Shown: one piece after another, positions 17,819 through 25,963 of the stretch
How positions within the stretch are numbered: position 1 is the first letter of the stretch
Layout of the letters: every line of letters starts with the position of its first letter
Made by a program: the position numbers and the translations under genes
Notes under the pieces: model-generated
What the model saw: the letters and a program-made list of their open reading frames with translations, nothing else
What the model was told of the DNA's origin: nothing
Databases searched by the model: none
Assembly (NCBI GenBank): GCA_002753615.1
Contig: PEAO01000001.1
Location: forward strand, 28,319 to 92,318
DNA: 64,000 bases
Source: Magnetococcales bacterium DCbin2
GTDB taxonomy: Bacteria > Pseudomonadota > Magnetococcia > Magnetococcales > UBA8363
Direction of reading: 5' to 3'

Positions 17819-18205
17819 ATGAGTAAGATAAAAGAGATAAGATTGGACGAAGAGACTACTTTTTTCGTCCAGGTTGTGGACGATGAAGATGAAGTGGAGT
17901 GGCTGGATTCTTCAACGGAACAGGAAGAGTCTGGGGGACTGATCCGAGCCGGCCGGCGGGAAGAATCTTTGACCAAAAGAGTCTCCGTTTCGATGACGGA
18001 TGCCCTGACGGCGGTCTATCCGGTGATAGAAAAGGTTGTGGAAAAGTTTCGTGCCATCGATCCTTCGGAGTGCCGGGTCTCTTTTGGCCTGAAAGTTCAT
18101 GGCAATGTGGGGGTTGTCTTGGTCTCCGAAGTGGGGGTTGAAGCACAGTTGAAGGTAACCTTGCGTTGGCGTAAACCTAAGGCAAAAAAACAAAAAACAT
18201 CATAA
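17819..18205 (+). CDS. Small acidic protein resembling Trypco1 (trypsin-co-occurring domain 1 / CU044_2847-like)
   Basis: 128 aa. Acidic N-half (VVDDEDEVEWLDSSTEQEESG). C-terminal VSFGLKVHGNVGVVLVSEVGVEAQLKVTLRW matches my recollection of the Trypco1 signature (EFGLK...G...A.L.V.L.W). Sits immediately upstream of a trypsin-like protease gene. Confidence 0.6.
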   Translation: MSKIKEIRLDEETTFFVQVVDDEDEVEWLDSSTEQEESGGLIRAGRREESLTKRVSVSMTDALTAVYPVIEKVVEKFRAIDPSECRVSFGLKVHGNVGVVLVSEVGVEAQLKVTLRWRKPKAKKQKTS

Positions 18206-18219
18206 AAATAGGATTATAC

Positions 18220-19647
18220 GTGTCTAATAAGTTGAATGCCTATCACCGTTGTCTGGTCACATTTTTAGGTCCTTCAGGCACTTCGGTGGGTATGGGCTTT
18301 CTGGTTGGGGAGAGACTGATTCTTACCTGTGCCCATGTGGTGGAGAGCGCAATTGGGAGGAAGAAACCCCAGGAACAAATGCCGGGAGATCCAGTTAGCA
18401 TTGAATTTCCGTTTTTACACCAGGAAGGGAAAGCAACGGTCTCCCAGTGGAGGCACTGCAAAGTTTCCCCTTCTCTGGAAAGGGAAGGTGCTGCCGCCAC
18501 TACGGACCTAGCCCTTTTGACCCTGGTGGGTGATCCTCCGCCAGATGCTTATCCCATTACCCTGGTGAAGAATCGGTCTGGCGAGGGTTTGTCATGCAAG
18601 TGTTATGGTACTCCTGATCCGAAAGTCAGCGAAGATTGGGTGTACGGGCAGGTCGGAGAGGTGCATCCTGGGGGGTACCGGGATTTCAGACCTCCGGGAG
18701 GCGATAACTCTGTGCTTGGGAACACGTTCTTCGTCAGTGAAGGATTCAGTGGTTCTCCCGTTTATTTCCAGGATGACCCCCATCTGGCTTGGGGCATGGT
18801 TACCATGATCAAAAAACGGGGTGGTTCCCGTATCGCCTACCTTGTCCCCGCACACACTCTGATTGAAGTATTCCCGGGGGTCAAACGGGAAGACTATGCA
18901 CCTCCGAAAACCGGCGGAAGCCACGTCTCTCTACCCGATCAGGTCATTGCTAGGTTATGGCGTCTGGACCGTCAGCCACAATGGTATGCCCTTGAAAAAG
19001 CCGTTAAAGAGATACGTGACGGTACCCTGGTGACAGTTCTCTCTGGGAACCAAGCAGATCGTTCGGATATCCTGGTGAAGCGATTTAATAGTGATCTCTG
19101 GCATGTCATGGGCGGCTTGCCCAAGGGTGGCCATTCTGCACGGATAGTACACAAGAACTGGCCTTTCCTTTTGGACCGGGAAGAGATATGTCCCGCCGAC
19201 AAACCCACACTTCTCTACGTTCAGATCGATGCCGGAGCTTGGAGCCAGAAAGACGGGGAACAGTTTCGGGATTTTCTTCAGGAGATAAAAAACAATCCTC
19301 CACATGCTGGTACCGCAATTTTTATCTATTTTCAGTATTCTGAAGGGTTATTATCAAATTTTTTTTCACCATCAAAAAACAATCGACTGGGAAATCATGT
19401 CGAAAGCTTCTTGGGTGCGCATCCAGGATCCATTCACTTTCTTTCATTGCCGCCTTTTTCACTCATAACCGATCTGGATATTTACGGATGGATATTGAGC
19501 GAGGCTGAGAGAGTTCTGGAATGGTCGCAAGCAGAAAAATTAAGAAAAGAAATATTTTGTAGAAAACGGTGGAAGCCGATTACTATGGATAAAGTCGTGA
19601 ATCAGCTAGAAGAACTTATTCCTGCGCTCCCGAATATGACCTCCTGA
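18220..19647 (+). CDS. Trypsin-like serine protease fused to a ~250-aa unrecognised C-terminal domain
   Basis: Catalytic triad context: LILTCAHVV (His39), TDLALLTL (Asp96), GFSGSPVY (Ser177). GTG start 14 nt after the upstream stop. No signal peptide seen, so it is predicted cytoplasmic. Confidence 0.8.
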   Translation: MSNKLNAYHRCLVTFLGPSGTSVGMGFLVGERLILTCAHVVESAIGRKKPQEQMPGDPVSIEFPFLHQEGKATVSQWRHCKVSPSLEREGAAATTDLALLTLVGDPPPDAYPITLVKNRSGEGLSCKCYGTPDPKVSEDWVYGQVGEVHPGGYRDFRPPGGDNSVLGNTFFVSEGFSGSPVYFQDDPHLAWGMVTMIKKRGGSRIAYLVPAHTLIEVFPGVKREDYAPPKTGGSHVSLPDQVIARLWRLDRQPQWYALEKAVKEIRDGTLVTVLSGNQADRSDILVKRFNSDLWHVMGGLPKGGHSARIVHKNWPFLLDREEICPADKPTLLYVQIDAGAWSQKDGEQFRDFLQEIKNNPPHAGTAIFIYFQYSEGLLSNFFSPSKNNRLGNHVESFLGAHPGSIHFLSLPPFSLITDLDIYGWILSEAERVLEWSQAEKLRKEIFCRKRWKPITMDKVVNQLEELIPALPNMTS

Positions 19648-19663
19648 AAAGGTAAGATGACCA

Positions 19664-20668
19664 ATGTCTGATCTTTATACCGTCGATGGCCCGTCTCCTC
19701 AGGAACCGACAGCATGGAAGCCGATTCCCCTGAAAAACGTTTTGCAAGATTCCACCGGTTATCGGCCCGATCCGGGATTGGTGGATGCCGTCAATGTGGC
19801 CCTGACTCTGGGTATGCCCTTGTTGGTTACCGGGGAACCTGGTGTGGGCAAGACCGCCCTGGCAGATAGTGTGGCACGCCGTCTGGGGTTGGGAGATCCT
19901 TTAAAGTTTGTCGCTAAGAGCGAATCCCGCGCCTCGGATCTTTTTTTCACCTATGATCGTCTGCTCCGGTTTCAAGAGAGTCACTGTACGAATGAGCCAT
20001 TGGATTTTAAGAAGTATATTAGTTATGTCGCCCTGGGGCAGGCTATTCTGAACAGTCGCAGCCGAGAAGAATGGGGTGGCTTGTTGGATGGAAAGCCTCA
20101 TGACGGACCCAAACGGAGCGTCGTGCTGATTGATGAAATCGACAAGGCCCCACGAGATTTTGTCAACGATCTCTTGGTGGAGATTGAACGACTGGCCTTT
20201 CCGCCCCTGCCGGACATGCCTAACCAGATGTCCATGGAGGCTGACCCGAATCTGGCCCCGGTGGTGATTATCACCAGCAACCAGGAACGTTCCCTGCCAG
20301 ACCCCTTTCTACGCCGTTGTGTCTACTATCATATCCCTTTTCCCAACCACAAACAGTTGCAGGAGATTGTGGAAGTACGGATGAAAAAACTGTTCAACCC
20401 ACAAACTCAACCTGCTTGGCTGGCTCGCGCTATGGAGCTTTTCTGGTGGTTGCGGGAAGGGGTGAAACCGGAACTGCGTCGGAAACCAGGACTGGGAGAA
20501 CTCCTGACTTGGTTGGTTTTTCTTGGAGAACGAGCCATCGGGCAAAGTTCTCTGAAAGATTCCTTTTTGTTTGAAACTGCCTGTCCGTTGATGCTGAAAA
20601 CCAGCCTTGATCAGGGACGGCAAGAGGCTCTTATCAAGGTGTGGACGTCCAGTTCCAAACAAGGGTGA
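19664..20668 (+). CDS. MoxR-type AAA+ ATPase
   Basis: Walker A LLVTGEPGVGKTALA, Walker B VVLIDEIDKAPRDFVNDLL, sensor region VVIITSNQE, single AAA+ module of about 330 aa. Confidence 0.85.
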   Translation: MSDLYTVDGPSPQEPTAWKPIPLKNVLQDSTGYRPDPGLVDAVNVALTLGMPLLVTGEPGVGKTALADSVARRLGLGDPLKFVAKSESRASDLFFTYDRLLRFQESHCTNEPLDFKKYISYVALGQAILNSRSREEWGGLLDGKPHDGPKRSVVLIDEIDKAPRDFVNDLLVEIERLAFPPLPDMPNQMSMEADPNLAPVVIITSNQERSLPDPFLRRCVYYHIPFPNHKQLQEIVEVRMKKLFNPQTQPAWLARAMELFWWLREGVKPELRRKPGLGELLTWLVFLGERAIGQSSLKDSFLFETACPLMLKTSLDQGRQEALIKVWTSSSKQG

Positions 20669-20672
20669 TCCG

Positions 20673-23507
20673 GTGGCTGAAGAAAATGATCATCGCTTGC
20701 CCGATCCCACTGTATTTCTCCTGCAATGGCGGCACTACGGCCATCCCCTGACTCTGGAACGGTTGGTGGTGGTCCAACGTCTGTTGCTGGATCTGGCGGC
20801 ACGCGGCAATTTGCCTGCGGACCCTCGGCGATGGGCAGGGTTGCTTGCCCCTCTTTTTTGTCAATCCGCCGAGGAGCAGGAGACGTTTCACCAAAGCTAT
20901 GGCAAATGGTTGGATGGGTGGACTTCGAGTACTCATCCAAACCCTCAGGGAATACCAACATCCCCTGGCCAACCCCGCCCCTCCGTCCTGAAACAGGCTC
21001 TCAAGACCGCTCAACAGCCTCTACGATCATGCATTCACCTCTTTTCTGGGTTGCGCAACCGATGGTGGGATTATCTAAGACAGGTCGTCCTGTTCTTTTT
21101 GATCGCCGGTGTTTCCATCGCGTTGATCGCCGGTGTTTCCATCGCGGGTTATGCCGTGATCATGGGAGCAATATACGTTCCGTCTGGGGATCCTTTCTTG
21201 TTCCGGCGGCTATTGTTGGCCGGAATTGCGGTCGCTACCGCTTCTATCGTATTGAGGCAGCAACGGCGAAACCCGCGTTCATGGTTGTCGCGCCAGCCTG
21301 ATTCGGGGAGTATCACAGAATCTTTTCCCCTCTACCTGAGTCGTGATGGTCTGGGCGATCTTAGCCGTGAGGCCCGTGAGACTGCCAGATATTTACGTCA
21401 ACGTGAGGCAATTTTGACTCGGGATCTGGATGTGGAAGCTTCTCTGAAAGCCACACTGGACCAAGGTGGTTTGCCTACCCCCATTTTGGGGAAACGCCAT
21501 AAGGTACCGGAATATCTGGTCCTCGTGGATCGGCGCAATCTTCGGGATTCCCAAGCCGGCATGACCATGAAGTGGCTTGAATGGTTGCGCGAAGAGGCTG
21601 TTGAAGTCTCCAGTTGGACCTTTCATGGGGATCCTCGGTATTGCTCTCCAACGGATCCAGATGAGGCGTCCTGTTCGCTGGAGACTCTGCTGGCGCGCTA
21701 TCATGATCGGCGATTGTTGATCTTTGCCGAATCTCGCCTTTTCTTCGATTATGCACGGGGACTTTTTCAGCCCTGGGTGGCAGAGTTGGATGATTTCCCT
21801 TGGAAACTCCTGGCCGTCCCTGAAAATCCAGGGGCATGGGGGTTCCGGGAAAGGGGTATCCAGGGGTTGGGCATGATGGTTGCGCAAGCCAGCGTCTCCG
21901 GGTTACAACAGGCCATCGCGCGTCGTTCTGAATCCCTGCCGAGTGGACTGCCGCTGCCGGAACCCTCTACCGCCAATCCCTTTCCCCCTTTGTTGGCCGA
22001 CGATGATTTTTCCTGGCTGGGCGGGGCGACCCCAGAGCGTAAAAACATTGCTCGCCTGATGAGAGAGTTGGAACAATACCTCTCGGATGGTGGTGTGTCC
22101 TGGTTGCGGGCTTGCGCTATCTATCCAGAGTTGGATTGGCGTTTGACTTTACAATTGGGGAGCCGGTTGTCCGACCCCGATGGCCGAACGCTGTTTTCTC
22201 AGGATACCCTTCTCCGCCTGACTCGGCTTCCCTGGTTTCGTCTCGGTAGTATGCCCCTCTGGCTACGCCGGGAGTTGATTCGGAGTATAAACCGCAGGCA
22301 ACGTTCCAAAATACGCAAACTGATCTGGTCGTCCTTGTTAGAGGGGCGTGAGCATAAGGATCTCGCCTTATTGCTATCATCAGCCCACATTTCTTCTTTC
22401 AGTACCATGTTCAAAGCTTGGCTCAATCGTCAGCCCGATAGGGAACCTATGCGAGATAAGCTTTTTGTCTCCTTTCTATTGGGTTGGCGGCACTGGAACT
22501 ACCCCTTACCCCTTCCGCCGATGGAATTGATTTCGAGATGGAATACAACAGGATGGGAAATCGCTATGGGCTTGATGTCGGGAATGACGGTATTCCTGGT
22601 GATCACCGCGCCATCCACCCTGTTGACCATTACCGTTGCCTCTGGATTTGTTGGGTGGGTTGCCTTTTTTATCTGGAATACACGGAGCATTGCGCCTCTC
22701 TCTCTTGTTTCTCCATCGGTGACAAATTTATCTTCCGCCAAGCCCATGGTCCCACAAGAACCACAGCCCTTTGAAGTATGGCAGGATCATGTGAGTAAAA
22801 TGATGTTCGTTTGGATTCCACCGGGGCAATTCACTATGGGGAGTCCAGCGGATGAAAAAGGGCGGTCTTCCGATGAAGGTCCAGAACATGAGGTGGAGAT
22901 ATCGGGGTTTTGGTTGGGAAAATATGAGGTAACGCAGGGGGAATGGGAACGATTCATGGGGGAAAACCCCTCGCGTTTCAAAAAAGGGGATCGTTACCCG
23001 GTTGAACAGGTATCCTGGGACGATGTGCAGAAATTTATCTATAGGTTGAACATTGCAGGGGATGGTGGGTATCGTTTGCCAACGGAAGCGGAGTGGGAAT
23101 ATGCGTGCCGAGGAGGGACACGGACGCCGTTCTCATTGGGTGAGACTTTGATTGCGGGCACGGATGCCAATTTTGATGGAAGACAAGTTTCTCAACCTGA
23201 GGGTGTCCAAGGGGTTTATTGCGGGGAAACCATGCCGGTGGGGAGTTTCCCGGCCAATTCCCGGGGATTGCATGATATGCACGGAAATGTTTGGGAGTGG
23301 GTACATGACAGTTATGTTTCGGAAGCGTACTCGAACCATGCGCCTCAGGATCCATGCATTGACATAGACCGATCCAGCCGCATTCGTCGTGGCGGGGCAT
23401 GGGTTGGTGAAGTTAAGAACCTGCGTTGCGCCTCCCGCAAAAGTCTTGCCCACGACGACCGTGGTCACCATATCGGGTTTCGTCTTGCTAAAAATCACAA
23501 GGCGTAA
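20673..23507 (+). CDS. Polytopic membrane protein with a C-terminal FGE-sulfatase (SUMF1/EgtB/PvdO-like) domain
   Basis: GTG 20673 lies 4 nt after the MoxR stop (track ORF starts 20607 inside moxR). TM clusters VVLFFLIAGVSIALIAGVSIAGYAVIMGAIYV, LLLAGIAVATASIVL and WEIAMGLMSGMTVFLVITAPSTLLTITVASGFVGWVAFFIW. C-terminal FGE motifs listed in the domain entry. Confidence 0.8.
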   Translation: MAEENDHRLPDPTVFLLQWRHYGHPLTLERLVVVQRLLLDLAARGNLPADPRRWAGLLAPLFCQSAEEQETFHQSYGKWLDGWTSSTHPNPQGIPTSPGQPRPSVLKQALKTAQQPLRSCIHLFSGLRNRWWDYLRQVVLFFLIAGVSIALIAGVSIAGYAVIMGAIYVPSGDPFLFRRLLLAGIAVATASIVLRQQRRNPRSWLSRQPDSGSITESFPLYLSRDGLGDLSREARETARYLRQREAILTRDLDVEASLKATLDQGGLPTPILGKRHKVPEYLVLVDRRNLRDSQAGMTMKWLEWLREEAVEVSSWTFHGDPRYCSPTDPDEASCSLETLLARYHDRRLLIFAESRLFFDYARGLFQPWVAELDDFPWKLLAVPENPGAWGFRERGIQGLGMMVAQASVSGLQQAIARRSESLPSGLPLPEPSTANPFPPLLADDDFSWLGGATPERKNIARLMRELEQYLSDGGVSWLRACAIYPELDWRLTLQLGSRLSDPDGRTLFSQDTLLRLTRLPWFRLGSMPLWLRRELIRSINRRQRSKIRKLIWSSLLEGREHKDLALLLSSAHISSFSTMFKAWLNRQPDREPMRDKLFVSFLLGWRHWNYPLPLPPMELISRWNTTGWEIAMGLMSGMTVFLVITAPSTLLTITVASGFVGWVAFFIWNTRSIAPLSLVSPSVTNLSSAKPMVPQEPQPFEVWQDHVSKMMFVWIPPGQFTMGSPADEKGRSSDEGPEHEVEISGFWLGKYEVTQGEWERFMGENPSRFKKGDRYPVEQVSWDDVQKFIYRLNIAGDGGYRLPTEAEWEYACRGGTRTPFSLGETLIAGTDANFDGRQVSQPEGVQGVYCGETMPVGSFPANSRGLHDMHGNVWEWVHDSYVSEAYSNHAPQDPCIDIDRSSRIRRGGAWVGEVKNLRCASRKSLAHDDRGHHIGFRLAKNHKA
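21101..21148 (+). repeat. Direct in-frame tandem duplication (2 x 24 nt, 22/24 identical)
   Basis: gatcgccggtgtttccatcgcg occurs twice back to back, encoding IAGVSIAL-IAGVSIAG within a predicted TM helix. Confidence 0.9.
22770..23492 (+). other. FGE-sulfatase / SUMF1-like domain
   Basis: FVWIPPGQFTMGS, GFWLGKYEVTQGEW, YRLPTEAEWEYACRGG, GLHDMHGNVWEWV, RIRRGGAW, HIGFRLA. Confidence 0.85.
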
Positions 23508-23682
23508 TAAATCTTCGGGTGTTCTTGCTGAGGAATTCGTTTGCCGGCCAGACATCTTTAACGGTTTTTCGATAGTGATGGCACCGATGCGTCCTGCCTA
23601 CAGTGCAGATAAACGCTTTCTCACAAATAGCCTTGGTGTGCGGTCCGCGAGCGAGACAAACGGGCGGATGCTTGGCAGCACA

Positions 23683-24414
23683 TCAACGGCTGAAGGGTGG
23701 CTGGGACATTGGGTTTTTGAGACTATCTCTTGCACAGGTCCGTGCGTCCAGAAACAAATGATAAAGTGCGGATACGAGAGCAAAATCTCCAATCAGATAA
23801 TCGAGCAATCTTGAGTCAAAGATGTGCGGCTCATATTCGGAGACACGGCATAGATAAACATTCTTTTTTCCGTAAATATTGCGTATCGGTTCAGGCGTCC
23901 CCTCCGGTGGCATCACCGGCGGACGTTTATAGTTGGTACCTTCAACTGTAAACCCTTTTTCCTCGGCCTTTTTGATCGTACTGAGGAAGAGTTCCTGCTG
24001 TTGCTGGATAATGGTCCGAGCGATTCCCATCGTCGCTGGCTTGGCTGAGTAAAATCCCATTCCGTAGCGGCAGCGGTCTGGCGTCACTTCGAAAAAATAG
24101 GCCGGCATACCGGTCCATTCGGGGTCTGCACGGTGGTAGGCGAACCATGCTTCTGTCTTGTAAGGTGATTTGTTGGCGGAAAAACGGGTATCCCTCTGTG
24201 GACGCGACAGCTTCAGAGAAATGTGACTGTCGATTTGTACCATATGCGATGCCAAGGCTTCCGCCAGGGATTTCAGCGGTTTCATGACGTGGGTTTCATA
24301 GGCGTCTTTGTTTGAACGATACCACTCGCGCGAATTGTTCTCTCTTAGTTTCCCCAAAAGAAGCGGAAGTTGGTCACTCAGGGATAGAAAAGTCGGCGTG
24401 TTTGAGTCCTTCAT
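23683..24414 (-). CDS. DUF2461 / TIGR02453-family protein
   Basis: LRENNSREWYRSNKDAYETHV ... RPQRDTRFSANKSPYKTE ... GFYSAKP matches the family signature (NN.R.WF ... R..RD.RFS.DK.PYKT). Confidence 0.75.
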   Translation of the reverse strand: MKDSNTPTFLSLSDQLPLLLGKLRENNSREWYRSNKDAYETHVMKPLKSLAEALASHMVQIDSHISLKLSRPQRDTRFSANKSPYKTEAWFAYHRADPEWTGMPAYFFEVTPDRCRYGMGFYSAKPATMGIARTIIQQQQELFLSTIKKAEEKGFTVEGTNYKRPPVMPPEGTPEPIRNIYGKKNVYLCRVSEYEPHIFDSRLLDYLIGDFALVSALYHLFLDARTCARDSLKNPMSQPPFSR

Positions 24415-24464
24415 TTAAAAGCCCCTCCATTCCCATGACTCTGAAATCCATAACCCGCCGATGA

Positions 24465-25940
24465 TCATCGTTGCCATGAGGTCAGCTTTTCCCAAATCTT
24501 GCCCAAGAACTGTTTGGCAGACATCCTGCGGATGGATTGGTAACGTACATACCCACGGGGACTGGTCATGTACCACCGCACCAGTCCAAACACCCTGGGC
24601 AGAATCATGCAAATCCTGACGGCGAGACGACGGACGGGTGAATCCCGCCAAAGCTCAAGGTTCACCATGTCGGCATACATGGCAATCTTGCGTTTATGAG
24701 ACAGGGGATAATTCAGTGAAGAAAGGGAATAATAATTGCTGGGCCGGATTTTCGGATCAAAGAGATCCATGGCCAGAACTTTGGTGTAGAGTTCTGTCGC
24801 TGGCAACGGGTAAAACGTCGTCGCCTGGGCACTGTCAGGCTGGATGGTCTGCAACAGTCGGATACTATCTCGCATGACCAGCTCCGATTGTTCCGGCATT
24901 CCCATCATGACAAAAGCGTGCGTCCGAATCCCATGTTGTTGCATCAAACGGTAACTGTCGAGAATCTTTTGATCAGGCATGTTGCGTTTGAGAATTGTTC
25001 GACGGAACGCTTCATTGCCACTTTCAATTCCTATGGAACAGGAATAAGCCCCCGCTTCCTTCAGATCCCGTACCCGATTTTCACGAATCAATTCCGGGCG
25101 TTCCATAAAAACAAATGGAGTTTTCAAGTCATGGAGGTGTTCCCGCAATTCATCGGTACGATGGTCGGTCGTCATGACCACCTCATCGACAAGATACATC
25201 ATGTCCATACCGTAAGCCGATCGGAACAAATCCATTTCCCGCCGTAACTGGGAACCGCTCTTTTCCCGACGCCACTTGCCCGCCCCTTTGCTGAGGTCCA
25301 TCAATGCGGAATTACTACAGTAGGTACACAGATAGGGACAACCGCGACTCCCTTCAAAGACGCCACACACCCCCGCCTGTGGAACCAAACGTAAAAAACA
25401 ATGTTGCGTATAGTGCCGCGCATCAAACAGTTCATAACGGGGGGCGGGGGAATTGCTCAAATCAAACAGCGGCCCTACCGGATTTTTGACCAACTCACTC
25501 CCATATTGAAAAAAAATATTGGGGAGATCACGGATTCGTTCTGGCGCACCTTGGGCCATGGCACGGGCGACAGCCAGACAGGCATCCTCCCCATCGCCCA
25601 TCACCCCGTAATCCACCAGGGGTGCCAACTCCTGTGGAACAAACGTGGCATGGGGACCACCCGCCAACAACAGCCGGTTGCCTTTATTTTTTCTCAGGGC
25701 CTCCAGGACGGGGAGCGTCGCGGAGAATTCCAGGGTACGCAACGAAATTCCGATAATATCCGGTTGCCATCGTTCCATCTCAGCCATAACGTAGCCGGCC
25801 CATTGACCCGCCTCATGAAAAGTCAGGTCACATACGCGGACATCCACCCCATGATGCAGCAGATGGGAGCCTAACGCTAAAATACCCATCTGCGGCGTTT
25901 TTGGTCGGGTAATATTAGGATAAACAAACATGAACCGCAT
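24465..25940 (-). CDS. B12-binding-domain radical SAM enzyme
   Basis: N-terminal Rossmann-like cobalamin-binding region (MRFMFVYPN...GILALGSHLLHHGVDVRVCDL...LLAGGPHATF). CX3CX2C in EGSRGCPYLCTYCSNS. The track ORF extends to a GTG at 25964 that abuts the adhesin stop; ATG 25940 is the conservative start. Confidence 0.8.
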   Translation of the reverse strand: MRFMFVYPNITRPKTPQMGILALGSHLLHHGVDVRVCDLTFHEAGQWAGYVMAEMERWQPDIIGISLRTLEFSATLPVLEALRKNKGNRLLLAGGPHATFVPQELAPLVDYGVMGDGEDACLAVARAMAQGAPERIRDLPNIFFQYGSELVKNPVGPLFDLSNSPAPRYELFDARHYTQHCFLRLVPQAGVCGVFEGSRGCPYLCTYCSNSALMDLSKGAGKWRREKSGSQLRREMDLFRSAYGMDMMYLVDEVVMTTDHRTDELREHLHDLKTPFVFMERPELIRENRVRDLKEAGAYSCSIGIESGNEAFRRTILKRNMPDQKILDSYRLMQQHGIRTHAFVMMGMPEQSELVMRDSIRLLQTIQPDSAQATTFYPLPATELYTKVLAMDLFDPKIRPSNYYSLSSLNYPLSHKRKIAMYADMVNLELWRDSPVRRLAVRICMILPRVFGLVRWYMTSPRGYVRYQSIRRMSAKQFLGKIWEKLTSWQR

Positions 25941-25963
25941 GGCACGGCACCTTAAGTCATGCA

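Noticed and set aside
20607-20672. Track start of the FGE-domain ORF inside the MoxR gene
   Set aside because: It would overlap moxR by 62 nt. A GTG 4 nt after the moxR stop with a weak upstream AAGGG is more plausible. Neither start is verified.
23389-23814. 141-aa + strand ORF spanning the FGE-gene 3' end and the DUF2461 3' end
   Set aside because: It overlaps two well-supported genes in other frames or strands and has no motifs.
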